Source of the DNA: an uncultured delta proteobacterium
GTDB lineage: Bacteria > Myxococcota > Myxococcia > Myxococcales > Myxococcaceae
DNA: 64,000 nucleotides
Reading direction: 5' to 3'
Assembly (NCBI GenBank): GCA_963771175.1
Contig: CAVYSY010000040.1
Span: 32,001 to 96,000 of the forward strand
Shown here: positions 52,893-62,203 of the stretch, one piece after another
Position numbering within the stretch: position 1 is the first letter of the stretch
Layout: every line of letters starts with the position of its first letter
Notes under the pieces: generated by a model
The model's input: only the letters and a program-made list of their open reading frames with translations
The model's database searches: none
Told to the model about the DNA's origin: nothing
Translations under genes and position numbers: made by a program

Positions 52893-53765
52893 TCAGAGGA
52901 GCGCCATCGAGAGCTGGCCGGCCAGGTACTGCAGCGCGGGCATGACGTTCGGGGCCGAGCGCTTGCGCACCGGGGCGCGCGCCGCCCGCTGCCACTCGGG
53001 CTCGCCCACCAGGCGTCCGGCCGCGTGCTGGAACATCCGGAAGCGGCCGAGCTCGATGGAGCTGCCCGAGTTGTAGATGCGCAGCCCGCGGCCCTGGAAG
53101 CGGCCCAGGTCGAACTCGCGCGGCACGTGCCGGTGCCCGTGGAGGATGAGATCGCACCGGCCCTGGGCCCGGCGGACCAGCTCGGCGCCGAGCGCCAGCT
53201 CCGAGGCGTGCGGCCAGCCCATGCTCGTGGCGAACCGCTCGGGGAGGCTCTCCTCCGGCAACGGCAGCACGTGGTGGTGCACCAGCACCGCGGTGAGCGC
53301 GCCGGTGGGGGCGGCGCACAGGGCCTCGTCCACCTCGTCCAACACCTCGCGCGTCAGCTCACCGTGGCAGGCGAAGTAGTTGCGGTTGTGCGGGCCCGTG
53401 GAGTCCACGCACACCAGGTAGAGGCCCTCGTGCCGCTCCACGCGCACCTTCTGGCCATTCATCCACTGACTGCCGGCGTCCTCGCCGGTGCGATCGTGGT
53501 TGCCGGGGATGAAGGTGAGCCGTCCGGCGTCGAGAAAGGGGGCGAAGAGCTCTCGGAAGCGCCGGTATTCGCTCCGGCTGCCCTGGTGGGTGAGGTCTCC
53601 CGTCACCACCACGTGATCCACGCGCTCGGTGAGGAGGGTCTCCACGAGCGCGGTGGCCGTCGCGTCGCTCTCGCGGGTGAGGTCCAGATGGATATCGGAC
53701 AGGTGAGCCAGCTTGAGGGGGAGCATGAATACTTCTGAAGTACTCACTCGCCGAAACACGGCCAT
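52893..53765 (-). CDS. Metallophosphoesterase (CpdA/Icc-like)
   Basis: HLSDIH, TGDLT, PGNHD, VHHH and LHGHRH; ATG 53765 after AGGAGG. Confidence 0.88.
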   Translation of the reverse strand: MAVFRRVSTSEVFMLPLKLAHLSDIHLDLTRESDATATALVETLLTERVDHVVVTGDLTHQGSRSEYRRFRELFAPFLDAGRLTFIPGNHDRTGEDAGSQWMNGQKVRVERHEGLYLVCVDSTGPHNRNYFACHGELTREVLDEVDEALCAAPTGALTAVLVHHHVLPLPEESLPERFATSMGWPHASELALGAELVRRAQGRCDLILHGHRHVPREFDLGRFQGRGLRIYNSGSSIELGRFRMFQHAAGRLVGEPEWQRAARAPVRKRSAPNVMPALQYLAGQLSMALL

Positions 53766-53814
53766 GGCCTCCTGGAAAATCCCGCGAAAGAGTCCGGTGT
53801 CATCCCGGTGAACG

Positions 53815-55045
53815 TCACCCAGCGAGCAGCTCCCCGGCGGGCTTGGGATGGGTCGTGGACAATCCTTCCGCCCCGGCGGGTGCGGGCGGCACCAACCGCG
53901 AGCCGGCCAGCACGCGCAGCTTGTTGCCGCGCCAGTCCACCGAGCGCGCGAAGAGTCCATTCGTCCACGCCACGAAGAGCAGCACGTCCTTGAGCAGCAC
54001 CGCTGGCACCGTCATCCACGAGGCCGGTTGTCCCGGACGCAGTGCGTTGAAGACCGTCACGTCGTGGAGCAGCTTCGCCACTGCCACCGTGCCCAGTACA
54101 CCGAAGGCGAGGGCCGACGGCGACAGCAGCGCGCCGAGCAGCGCCCAGGGCAGCGGGTTGAGCAGCGACTGCGCCAGGTACACCGGCGTGGGGATGCAGG
54201 TGTGGTGGATGATGCTCCAGCGCACGTACCGCTTGAAGAAGGCCAGGACGCTCTTCTTCTGCGACACGTTGTAGACGGGCGAGCGCGCCACCACGGCCCG
54301 CCTGCCCAGCCGCCGCGTCATCCACCGGCCGATGACGTAGTCCTCCGCCAGCACGTTGCGCACCGAGTAGAAGCCGCCCAGGGCCTCCACGTCCTCGCGG
54401 CGCATCGCCATGGACTTGCCCACCACGATGTCCTGATCCGCGGCCTGCTTGGCGGCGATCTGCCCCGCGCCCGCCGAGGTGCACTGGTACAGGTTGTCCA
54501 TCAACGAGCCCAGCGTCTGCTCGCCGATGCCGCTCACCGGGTGCGAGATGACGCCCACCGTCGGGTCCTCGAAGGTGCGCGGCGATCTCCTCCAGGTAGT
54601 CCGGGCCCACGAGCGTGTTGGAGTCGCTGATGACGAGGATGTCGTGCCGGGCCTCGGCCGCCAGGGTGATGAGCTGGTTCACCTTGGGGTTGAGGCCGGG
54701 CTCGCCATGCTGCAACTCCAGGCGCATGACGTGTGGCCAGCGCGCCACCGCCTCGCGAGCCACCGCGTAGGCCGGATCTCTCGTGTCCTTCACCCCCAGC
54801 ACCACCTCGTACTCCGGGTAGCCGAGGGTGGCGAACCGGGCCAGGTTGGCCTCCAGGTCGTCATCCACGCCGCACAGGGGCTTGAGGATGGAGATGCCCA
54901 CCGACTCGCCGCCGCTCACGGGCGTCCGCACCCGGGCCGAAGTCCAACGGTGGCGCAGCACGAAGAAGAGCTGAACCCCGAGGGCGAAGGTCCCGACGGC
55001 GGCGAGGGCGAGGAGGGCGAGGCTGAGCGCGTGGGTGAGGGGCAC
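53815..55045 (-). CDS. GT21 ceramide glucosyltransferase / HpnI-like glycosyltransferase; frameshift near 54580
   Basis: N-terminal TM; SILKPLCG.D..LE.NL, NPKV, ISDSN, LAEDY and RYVRW; C-terminal V.WRG. Confidence 0.85.
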
Positions 55046-55140
55046 GGCATTCTCCTGAGCAGGAGCGCGTTCATCGCGCGTCCTGCCCGGGAGGCTACGA
55101 GCGCCGTGTTGCGTCTTTCTGAAGCTCCCGCGTCGTCCGA

Positions 55141-55167
55141 GAGAACTCTCGGAGACAGGACGGTGAC
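55141..55167 (-). promoter_or_regulatory. Pho-box-like 11-bp direct repeats upstream of the GT21 gene
   Basis: Minus strand GTCACcgtcct GTCTCcgagag TTCTC. Confidence 0.45.
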
Positions 55168-55180
55168 ACCACCCCGTGCG

Positions 55181-55871
55181 TCAGGAGGTCTTCAGGTTGC
55201 GGCTGCGCGGGTGGCGGACGTCCGTGCCCCGCACCATGTAGATGACCATCTCCGCCACGTTCGTGGCGTGGTCGCCGATGCGCTCGAGGTGCTTGGCGAT
55301 GAACATCAGCGCCGTGGCGCGGCGGATGTTCTTCGAGTCCTCCATCATGTAGCTGAGGAGCTCGTTGAAGATCTTCAGGTAGAGGGCATCCAGGTGCTCG
55401 TCCTCCTTGAGCACCTCCTCGGCCCTGGCCACGTCCGAGGACACGAAGGCGTCCAGCGCCTTCTTCACCTGCTGCTGGGCCAGCTCGGCCAGCCGGGGCG
55501 TGTCCACGTAGGGCTTGAGCGGGGGCGCCTGGTTCAGCTCCATGGCCCGCTCGGCGATGTTCACCGCCAGGTCGCCGATGCGCTCCAGGTCGGTGACGAT
55601 CTTCAGCGCCGTGGTGATGAGGCGCAGGTCGCTCGCGGCGGGCTGGCGCAGCGCGAGGATGCGACGGCACAGGTCGTCGATCTCCACCTCGAGCCGGTTG
55701 ACCTCCTTGTCGCCCTGCGATCACCTGCTCGGCGAGCGCGGAGTCCCGCTCGGTGAGCGCGCGCATGCTGTCGGCGATGTGCGCCTCCACCTTGGCGCCC
55801 ATGGCCAGCAGCTTCTCGCGCAAGTCCCTCAGGTCCTGCTCGAATGCTTTGTCCGTGTGAATCGACGGCAT
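55181..55871 (-). CDS. phoU: Phosphate signalling protein PhoU; frameshift near 55718
   Basis: LRQPAASDLR, DLERIGDLAVNIA and LERIGDHATNVAE. Confidence 0.93.
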
Positions 55872-55890
55872 GTCCCGCTCTCCCTCGCGC

Positions 55891-56667
55891 CTACCCGAAC
55901 TTCCCGGTGACGTAGTCCTCGGTGCGCCGCTCGCGCGGGTTGGTGAAGATCTGCTCCGTGGAGCCGCATTCCACCAATTCCCCCATGTAGAAGAAAGCCG
56001 TCCGGTCGCTCACCCGGGCCGCCTGCTGCATGTTGTGGGTGACGATGACGATGGTGTAGCGCTCCTTCAGCTCGTGGATGAGCTCCTCGATCTTCGCCGT
56101 GGCGATGGGATCCAGGGCGCTGGCGGGCTCGTCCATGAGCAGCACCTCGGGCTCCACGGCCAGGGCGCGCGCGATGCACAGGCGCTGCTGCTGGCCGCCG
56201 GACAGGCCCAGGGCGCTGTCGCCGAGGCGATCCTTCACCTCGTCCCAGAGGGCCGCGCCCTTGAGCGACTTCTCCACGCGCGCGGCGAGCTCCGCCTTGT
56301 CCTTCATTCCCCCCACGCGCAGGCCGTAGGCCACGTTCTCGAAGATCGTCTTCGGGAAGGGGTTGGACTTCTGGAAGACCATGCCCACGCGGCGGCGCAG
56401 GTCCACCACGTCCAGGTTCCGGTCGTGGATGCTGTGCCCGTCCAGCAGCACGGTGCCCTCGTGGCTGGCGCCCGGGATGAGGTCGTTCATCCGGTTGAGC
56501 GAGCGCAGGAAGGTGGACTTGCCGCAGCCGGAGGGGCCGATCAGCGCCGTCACCTGGTTCTCGGGCAGCGTGAGGCTCACCGACTTCACGGCCACCTTGG
56601 TGCCGTAGCGGAGGGTGAGCTCACGCGCTTCCATCTTGATGCGCGAGGGGGCGGAAGGGAGGGACAT
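55891..56667 (-). CDS. pstB: Phosphate ABC transporter ATPase PstB
   Basis: [31 protein letters not shown] and [10 protein letters not shown]. Confidence 0.97.
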   Translation of the reverse strand: MSLPSAPSRIKMEARELTLRYGTKVAVKSVSLTLPENQVTALIGPSGCGKSTFLRSLNRMNDLIPGASHEGTVLLDGHSIHDRNLDVVDLRRRVGMVFQKSNPFPKTIFENVAYGLRVGGMKDKAELAARVEKSLKGAALWDEVKDRLGDSALGLSGGQQQRLCIARALAVEPEVLLMDEPASALDPIATAKIEELIHELKERYTIVIVTHNMQQAARVSDRTAFFYMGELVECGSTEQIFTNPRERRTEDYVTGKFG

Positions 56668-56676
56668 GGCTCGGTG

Positions 56677-57588
56677 TCAGTGGGCGCCGGAAGCGCGCCG
56701 GCGGGTGCGGGCGCGGATGAGCACCGCGATGAGGTTGAGGGCGAAGGTGAGCGCGAGCAGCACCAGCACCGTTGCGTACAGCAGCGGCCGCGTGGCCTCC
56801 ACATCCGGCGACTGCGTGGCCAGCACGTAGGTGTGGTAGCCCAGGTGCATGAACTGGGAGTTCAGCCTGTTGGGCAGGTCGGGGAGGAAGTAGGCGGCTC
56901 CGGTGAAGAGGATGGGCGCCACCTCGCCCGCGCCGCGGGACACCGCCAGCACGGCGCCGGTGAGGATGCCCGGCAGCGCACCTGGCAGCACCACCCGCGC
57001 CAGCGTCTGGGACCGGGTGGCCCCCAGCGCCAGACTCGCCGTGCGGTGGTCCATCGGCACCGCGCGCAGCGCCTCCTCGGTGGAGACGATGACCACTGGC
57101 AGCGTCAGCACCGCCAGGGTGAGCGAGGCCCAGAGAATTCCCGGCTGGCCCCAGTGCAGCTCCTGGTAGCCCAGCAGCCGATCCATGCCGCCACCCACGA
57201 AGTGGATGAAGAAGCCGAGGCCGAAGAGGCCGAAGACGATGGAGGGGACGCCGGCCAGGTTGACCACCGCCACCCGTACCGCGCGCGCCAGGAGCGAGTC
57301 CGGCGGTGCGTACTCGTGCAGGTACACGGCCGTGAGGACGCCCACGGGCATCACCGCCAGCGTCATCAGCAGCGTGAGCGCCGCCGTGCCGTAGAGGGCG
57401 GGGAAGATGCCGCCGCCCATCATTCCGTCCGAGGGCGGCTCGCTGAGGAAGGTCCAGGTGACGTGCCCGATTCCGCCGCGGACCACGTCGAAGAGGATGA
57501 CGGCCAGGATCGCCACCACCAGCAGCGCGGCGAGGCCGGTGAGGGACGTGAGCGCTCCGCCCACGGTCCGACGCAGGGTGTGCCTCAC
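56677..57588 (-). CDS. pstA: Phosphate ABC transporter permease PstA
   Basis: GGIFPALYGT, NLAGVPSIVFGLFG and GEVAPIL; GTGA overlap with pstC. Confidence 0.93.
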   Translation of the reverse strand: MRHTLRRTVGGALTSLTGLAALLVVAILAVILFDVVRGGIGHVTWTFLSEPPSDGMMGGGIFPALYGTAALTLLMTLAVMPVGVLTAVYLHEYAPPDSLLARAVRVAVVNLAGVPSIVFGLFGLGFFIHFVGGGMDRLLGYQELHWGQPGILWASLTLAVLTLPVVIVSTEEALRAVPMDHRTASLALGATRSQTLARVVLPGALPGILTGAVLAVSRGAGEVAPILFTGAAYFLPDLPNRLNSQFMHLGYHTYVLATQSPDVEATRPLLYATVLVLLALTFALNLIAVLIRARTRRRASGAH

Positions 57589-58601
57589 GCTCCCGCTCCC
57601 GACAGCCGCTTGATCACCTTCCGGGTCCAGGCGGATGCCACCATGTTGAGGATGAAGGTGAAGAGGAAGAGCTCGACTCCGATGAAGAACAGGAGCGAGT
57701 AGTGGGGGCTGCCGACCACCACCTCGCCCATCTCGGCGGCGATGGTGGCGGACATGGAGCGGACCGAGTCCGCGAAGTTCCACGACACGATGGCCGCGTT
57801 GCCCGAGGCCATCAGGATGATCATCGTCTCGCCGATGGCGCGGCCGAAGCCCAGCACACACGCGGCGAGGATGCCCGGGGCCGCCGCCGGCAGCACCACC
57901 TTCCACGCCGTCTCCCAGGGCGTGGCCCCCAGCGCGAGCGACGCCTCGCGGTAGCTGCGCGGCACCGCCGTCAGCGCGTCCTCGGCCACGGTGAAGATGA
58001 CGGGGACGATCGCCAGCGACAGGCCCAGGCCCGCCACCACCGCGTTGAGCCGGGTGGGGAGGCCGAAGGTGTCCTGCAGGAAGGTGGCCAGCACCATCAG
58101 CGCGAAGAAGCCCAGCACCACCGAGGGGATTCCCGCCAGCATCTCGATGGTGGGCTTGAGGATCTCCCGCAGCCGCCGCGGCGCGAACTCGGCCGCGAAC
58201 AGCGCGCTCGCCACGCCCACCGGCACCGCCACCGCCATCGACACCAGCGTCGTCTTCAGCGTGCCGATGAAGAGCGGAATCATGCTCACCTTGGGAATCC
58301 TCGACACCGGCTGCCACACGAAGGCCGCCGGCTTGCCCGCGCGCACCACCTGCGGCAGGAACATCTTGCCGAGGCTGGCCTCCTCGCGGGCGTGGGCGTC
58401 CAGGAAGATCGCCAGCGCCTCCTTCGCGATGAAGACCAGGATGAGCACCAGGGCGGCGATTCCGGTGAAGGCCATCGCCGTGATGACTCCGGCGATGACC
58501 TTCTCCCGGAGCTGCCTCCGCCGGGCGGCGGAGGAGCGCCGAGGCGCCACTGAGATCGATTCCACGAGACCCTCACCCTGCATGGCCGACTGTCTATCCA
58601 T
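57585..58601 (-). CDS. pstC: Phosphate ABC transporter permease PstC
   Basis: LAGIPSVVLG, REASLALGA and GRAIGETM. Confidence 0.93.
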   Translation of the reverse strand: MDRQSAMQGEGLVESISVAPRRSSAARRRQLREKVIAGVITAMAFTGIAALVLILVFIAKEALAIFLDAHAREEASLGKMFLPQVVRAGKPAAFVWQPVSRIPKVSMIPLFIGTLKTTLVSMAVAVPVGVASALFAAEFAPRRLREILKPTIEMLAGIPSVVLGFFALMVLATFLQDTFGLPTRLNAVVAGLGLSLAIVPVIFTVAEDALTAVPRSYREASLALGATPWETAWKVVLPAAAPGILAACVLGFGRAIGETMIILMASGNAAIVSWNFADSVRSMSATIAAEMGEVVVGSPHYSLLFFIGVELFLFTFILNMVASAWTRKVIKRLSGAGA

Positions 58602-58618
58602 CTTGTGCTCGAGCCTCG

Positions 58619-58634
58619 GTGACATTCTCGTGAC
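58619..58634 (-). promoter_or_regulatory. Pho-box-like repeat between pstS and pstC
   Basis: Minus strand GTCACgagaatGTCAC (11-bp period). Confidence 0.55.
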
Positions 58635-58657
58635 GCGCACGCCCTCGTCCTCCGGTA

Positions 58658-59479
58658 CTACTTCACCGGGAAGTAGCCGACCTTCGTGACGATCGCCTGG
58701 CCCTCGGGCGACAGGGCGAAGTCGATGAAGGCCTTGGCATCACCCGTCGGCTTGTTGCGCAGGTAGAAGTACAGGTCGCGCGAGAGCGGGTACTTGCCGG
58801 TCTTGATGTTCTCCGCGGAGGGGGCGATGGCCTCGTTGCCCTTCTTGACCTTCACCTCCTTGATGCCCTTGGCGTAGGCGGCGCCGCCGTAGCCGATGCC
58901 GTGCTTCTCCTTGGCGACCGCGTTCACCACCGCGGCGGTACCCGGCAGCGTCTGGGCGCTGGAGGTGTAGTCCTCGCCGTCCAGCAGGTTGTCCTTCACG
59001 AACACGTAGGTGCCCGAGGAGTTCTCGCGCGAGTAGACGACGATGGGGGCGTCCGCGCCGCCCACGTCCTTCCAGTTGGTGATGTCACCCAGGTAGATGC
59101 CCTTGAGCTGCTCCAGGGTGAGGGTGTCCACCTTGTTGCTCTCGTTGACGTAGAAGGTGACACCGTCCTTGGCCACCGGGAGCTCCGTGCCGGTGGTGTT
59201 GAAGCGGGTGCGCAGCTTCTCGCCCTCCGCGTCCTTCATGGGGCGGCTGGACATGGCGATGTCCGTGGTGCCGTTGATGAGGGCCGACAGGCCGACACCC
59301 GAGCCACCCCCCGTCACCTGCAGCTTGACGCTCGGGTTCTTCTTCATGAACTCCTCGGCCCAGCGCTGGCCGAGGATGACCATGGTGTCCGAGCCCTTCA
59401 CGGTGACGGTGCCCGCGCGGGCGGCCACCGGGAGGGCGACCAGCAGCACCACGGCGAACGAGGCGATGAGGTTCTTCAT
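58658..59479 (-). CDS. pstS: Phosphate-binding protein PstS
   Basis: Signal peptide; KGSDT, GGGSGVG, SRENSSGT and YPLSR. Confidence 0.95.
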   Translation of the reverse strand: MKNLIASFAVVLLVALPVAARAGTVTVKGSDTMVILGQRWAEEFMKKNPSVKLQVTGGGSGVGLSALINGTTDIAMSSRPMKDAEGEKLRTRFNTTGTELPVAKDGVTFYVNESNKVDTLTLEQLKGIYLGDITNWKDVGGADAPIVVYSRENSSGTYVFVKDNLLDGEDYTSSAQTLPGTAAVVNAVAKEKHGIGYGGAAYAKGIKEVKVKKGNEAIAPSAENIKTGKYPLSRDLYFYLRNKPTGDAKAFIDFALSPEGQAIVTKVGYFPVK

Positions 59480-59520
59480 GATGGGGATTTCTCCTTGAAA
59501 AAGGTGCTTGGGGCCGCTGA

Positions 59521-60717
59521 CTAGTAGCGGGCCTGGAACTGGACGGTGAGCAGGTTGTCGCGCGGATCCATCACGCCCTCGACAGTGGCCGTGATGGGCA
59601 GTTCGTAGGTCAACGAAACCTTGAGGTGCTCACCGAAGTAGTGGAGGGCGGTGGCACCGATGGTGCCGGTGGCGTTGGTTTTGGCCGGACGATCCGAGCC
59701 GGGGGCCGCGGCGGCGGCCGGGGTGCCGTTGGCCGGATCGAAGTAGTCGTAGCGGATGGCCACGGCGTTGGAGAGGCCGAGGTTCTGCACCAGCAGCGCG
59801 TACCATCCACTGGCCGGACTACCGAGCTGCTCGGCGCCGTTGAGCATGAAGGTCTTGCCCCGGATGTACTCGCCCTTGATGGCGGTGGCGCCGACGGGGA
59901 GGAAGTCCAGGTAGATCTGCAGGTCCGCGCCGAGGCGGCTGCGCTCGTAGGCGTGGCGGAAGGCGTCCGAGGGGCCCTTGCCCATCGTGTTGCCGTACCA
60001 GCCGGAGATGCCGCCGGAGATCCACTTCAGATCGAACCCGGCGCGGCCGATGATGTCCTTCTCCTTGTCGTTGTCCACGCCGACGGAGCCCGGGGCGTTG
60101 ATGCCGTTGCCGTCGAAGACGCCGGCGCTCAGCCGGAGGGCGCCGTACCGGGCGCTGTACCTGGCGCCGCGGTCTCGCTCGTCGGGCTGGAAGGCCCGGA
60201 CGACGCGGGTGCGCTCGGGGAACTCGCGCTCGCTGGAGGACTGCACGGCCTCGTAGCCGAACGGCCACTTCATCTGGCCCACCGTCAGCGACATGTGCTG
60301 CTTCGTGCCGGGGATGAAGAGCGTCGCCTCGGCATCCCGCAGTGCCACGCCACTGGGCGAGGCGTCGATCTGCAGCACGACCTGGGCGAGGTCGGCCGTG
60401 TAGACCGCCTTGAGGCGCGAGCGGCGCACGGTGAAGCGGCTGAAGCCGCCGGTGCCGTCCTCGCGCGTCTCCTCCCACATGTAGCGGGCCTGCACGTAGC
60501 CGGAGAACTTCAGCTTCGTGAGCGGAGACAGGGCGCTCTTGATCTCCGCGAGCTGCTCCTCGATGGATGAGACCTTGCCCTCGGTGGTGGTGATCCGCTC
60601 ATCGGTGCTCGGGGCGGCGGTCTCGGAGGCGGGGGCGGCCTCGGAGGCGGGGGCGGACTCCTGGGCCAGGACGGCGCCAGGAGACACAATCAGCAATGCG
60701 GCAATCAGGTTGCGCAC
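59521..60717 (-). CDS. Phosphate-selective porin (OprO/OprP-like)
   Basis: Signal peptide, coiled-coil, FSGYVQARY, RRSRL, GQMKWPFG.E and a C-terminal QARY; first gene upstream of pstS. Confidence 0.8.
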   Translation of the reverse strand: MRNLIAALLIVSPGAVLAQESAPASEAAPASETAAPSTDERITTTEGKVSSIEEQLAEIKSALSPLTKLKFSGYVQARYMWEETREDGTGGFSRFTVRRSRLKAVYTADLAQVVLQIDASPSGVALRDAEATLFIPGTKQHMSLTVGQMKWPFGYEAVQSSSEREFPERTRVVRAFQPDERDRGARYSARYGALRLSAGVFDGNGINAPGSVGVDNDKEKDIIGRAGFDLKWISGGISGWYGNTMGKGPSDAFRHAYERSRLGADLQIYLDFLPVGATAIKGEYIRGKTFMLNGAEQLGSPASGWYALLVQNLGLSNAVAIRYDYFDPANGTPAAAAAPGSDRPAKTNATGTIGATALHYFGEHLKVSLTYELPITATVEGVMDPRDNLLTVQFQARY

Positions 60718-60801
60718 GGTGTGGGGGCTCCAGCTGTCTTCTTCTGTCCGGTGTTCAGCGACACAGCCATTTAGAGGGCGACTGTGGCTGTTTGGCGGAA
60801 G

Positions 60802-60821
60802 CCGCGTGACAAATGCGCAAC
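60802..60821 (-). promoter_or_regulatory. Pho-box-like site upstream of the porin-pst operon
   Basis: Minus strand GTTGCgcattt GTCACgcgg. Confidence 0.45.
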
Positions 60822-60826
60822 GAAGC

Positions 60827-61516
60827 TCAGTCCGCGGTGGGCTCGACGATGCGGTAGCCCACCCCGCGCACCGTTTCGAGGTAGGCGCGCGCCGAACCGA
60901 GCTTGTCGCGCAGGCGCATGACGTGGGTATCGATGGTGCGCGTCTCCAGGCTGCTGGAGAGGCCCCACACCTCCTCGAGGAGCTGCTCGCGGGACTGCAC
61001 GCGGCCCACGCGGGTCATCAGGTGCTCCAGCAGGCGGAACTCGAGCGCGGTGAGGGCCACCTCCTTGCCGTCCACGTAGAAGCGGTGGGCGGAGATGTCG
61101 AGCGTGAGGGGGCCGAGCTTCAGGGGCGCGGCGTTGTCGCTGGCAGTACCGGTCCGGCGCAGGATGGCCTTGAGCCGCAGCACCAGCTCGCGGACGCTGA
61201 AGGGCTTGGTGACGTAGTCGTCGGCACCTACCTCGAAGCCGCGCACGCGGTCGGCCTCCTCGCCCTTGGCGGTGAGCATGACGATGAGGACGTCACGGGT
61301 GTTGGCGGCGGCCCGGAGCTGGCGGCACACCTCCACGCCGGACATGTCCGGCAACATCAGATCCAGGAGGATCAGGTCCGTGCGCTGCTCGCGCGCGGCG
61401 GACAGCGCCGACTCACCCGTGGGGGCAACGCGGGTGGAGAAGCCGGCGGTGCGGAGATTGAAGTCGATGAGCTCGGCGAGATCGCGCTCGTCATCGACGA
61501 TGAGGACGTGGGGCAT
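60827..61516 (-). CDS. phoB: PhoB/OmpR-family response regulator
   Basis: LDLMLP, GADDYVTKPFS and TRTIDTHVMRLR...TVRGVGY; adjacent to pst. Confidence 0.9.
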   Translation of the reverse strand: MPHVLIVDDERDLAELIDFNLRTAGFSTRVAPTGESALSAAREQRTDLILLDLMLPDMSGVEVCRQLRAAANTRDVLIVMLTAKGEEADRVRGFEVGADDYVTKPFSVRELVLRLKAILRRTGTASDNAAPLKLGPLTLDISAHRFYVDGKEVALTALEFRLLEHLMTRVGRVQSREQLLEEVWGLSSSLETRTIDTHVMRLRDKLGSARAYLETVRGVGYRIVEPTAD

Positions 61517-61565
61517 GGCGGCGGCGCACTCTGGGCTCCGCCGTTTGCGTCCTGGTGGCGCACTT

Positions 61566-61582
61566 GCAACAACCGCGTGACA
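61566..61582 (-). promoter_or_regulatory. Pho-box-like site upstream of phoB
   Basis: Minus strand tGTCACgcggtt GTTGC; shares TGTCACGCGG with 60802-60811. Confidence 0.5.
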
Positions 61583-61586
61583 TCGG

Positions 61587-62087
61587 TCAAGCGAGGTGAA
61601 GATCGTCGGGGCGTAGAAGGGTTCGGCCCGGCGTGGCCATCCACGCGAGGGAGAAGTGCTTGCCCTCGGGGTGGAGGGCGAGTGCGGTGCCCTTGCGCAG
61701 CTTGTCGGGAAGCTCGTCCAGGTCCAGCGCGAGCGCGCCAGCCCGGGCCAGCGAGGGGTTGTGGCCCACCAGCATCCAGCCCGCGCCCAGCTCGCGCGCG
61801 AGTTGGAGGATGCGCTTGGGGGCCTGGGCGCGCGGCAGCAGCGACGGGTGGACCTCCACGCGGGCCAGTCCGAAGGCTTCGGCGAGGATTTCGGCGGTCT
61901 GCACCGCGCGCACCAGGGGGCTGGTGACGATACCCGTCATGGGCGTGAGGCGCGCCAGCTTGCGCGCGTGGGTGCGGAAGGCGGCGCGGCCCTCGGGGGT
62001 GAGGGCGCGGGCCTCGTCACCCAGGGGGTGGGCATCCTCGGCCGCCGCGTGGCGGACGAGCAGCAGGGGCATCTGGTGTGGAGACAT
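61587..62087 (-). CDS. sixA: SixA-like phosphohistidine phosphatase
   Basis: LVRHA, R.LT..G, SPLVRAVQTA and LVGHNP. Confidence 0.85.
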   Translation of the reverse strand: MSPHQMPLLLVRHAAAEDAHPLGDEARALTPEGRAAFRTHARKLARLTPMTGIVTSPLVRAVQTAEILAEAFGLARVEVHPSLLPRAQAPKRILQLARELGAGWMLVGHNPSLARAGALALDLDELPDKLRKGTALALHPEGKHFSLAWMATPGRTLLRPDDLHLA

Positions 62088-62203
62088 GGCGGGCCGCGTC
62101 CCTAGGCGTCCGGGGGCGGTGTGGCAAGCAACGGTTCCGCGTCACGCCTATCCGCCGTTGACTTCCACAAGCTCCGCGTTCAGCTCCAGACCTCGTTCTG
62201 AGG

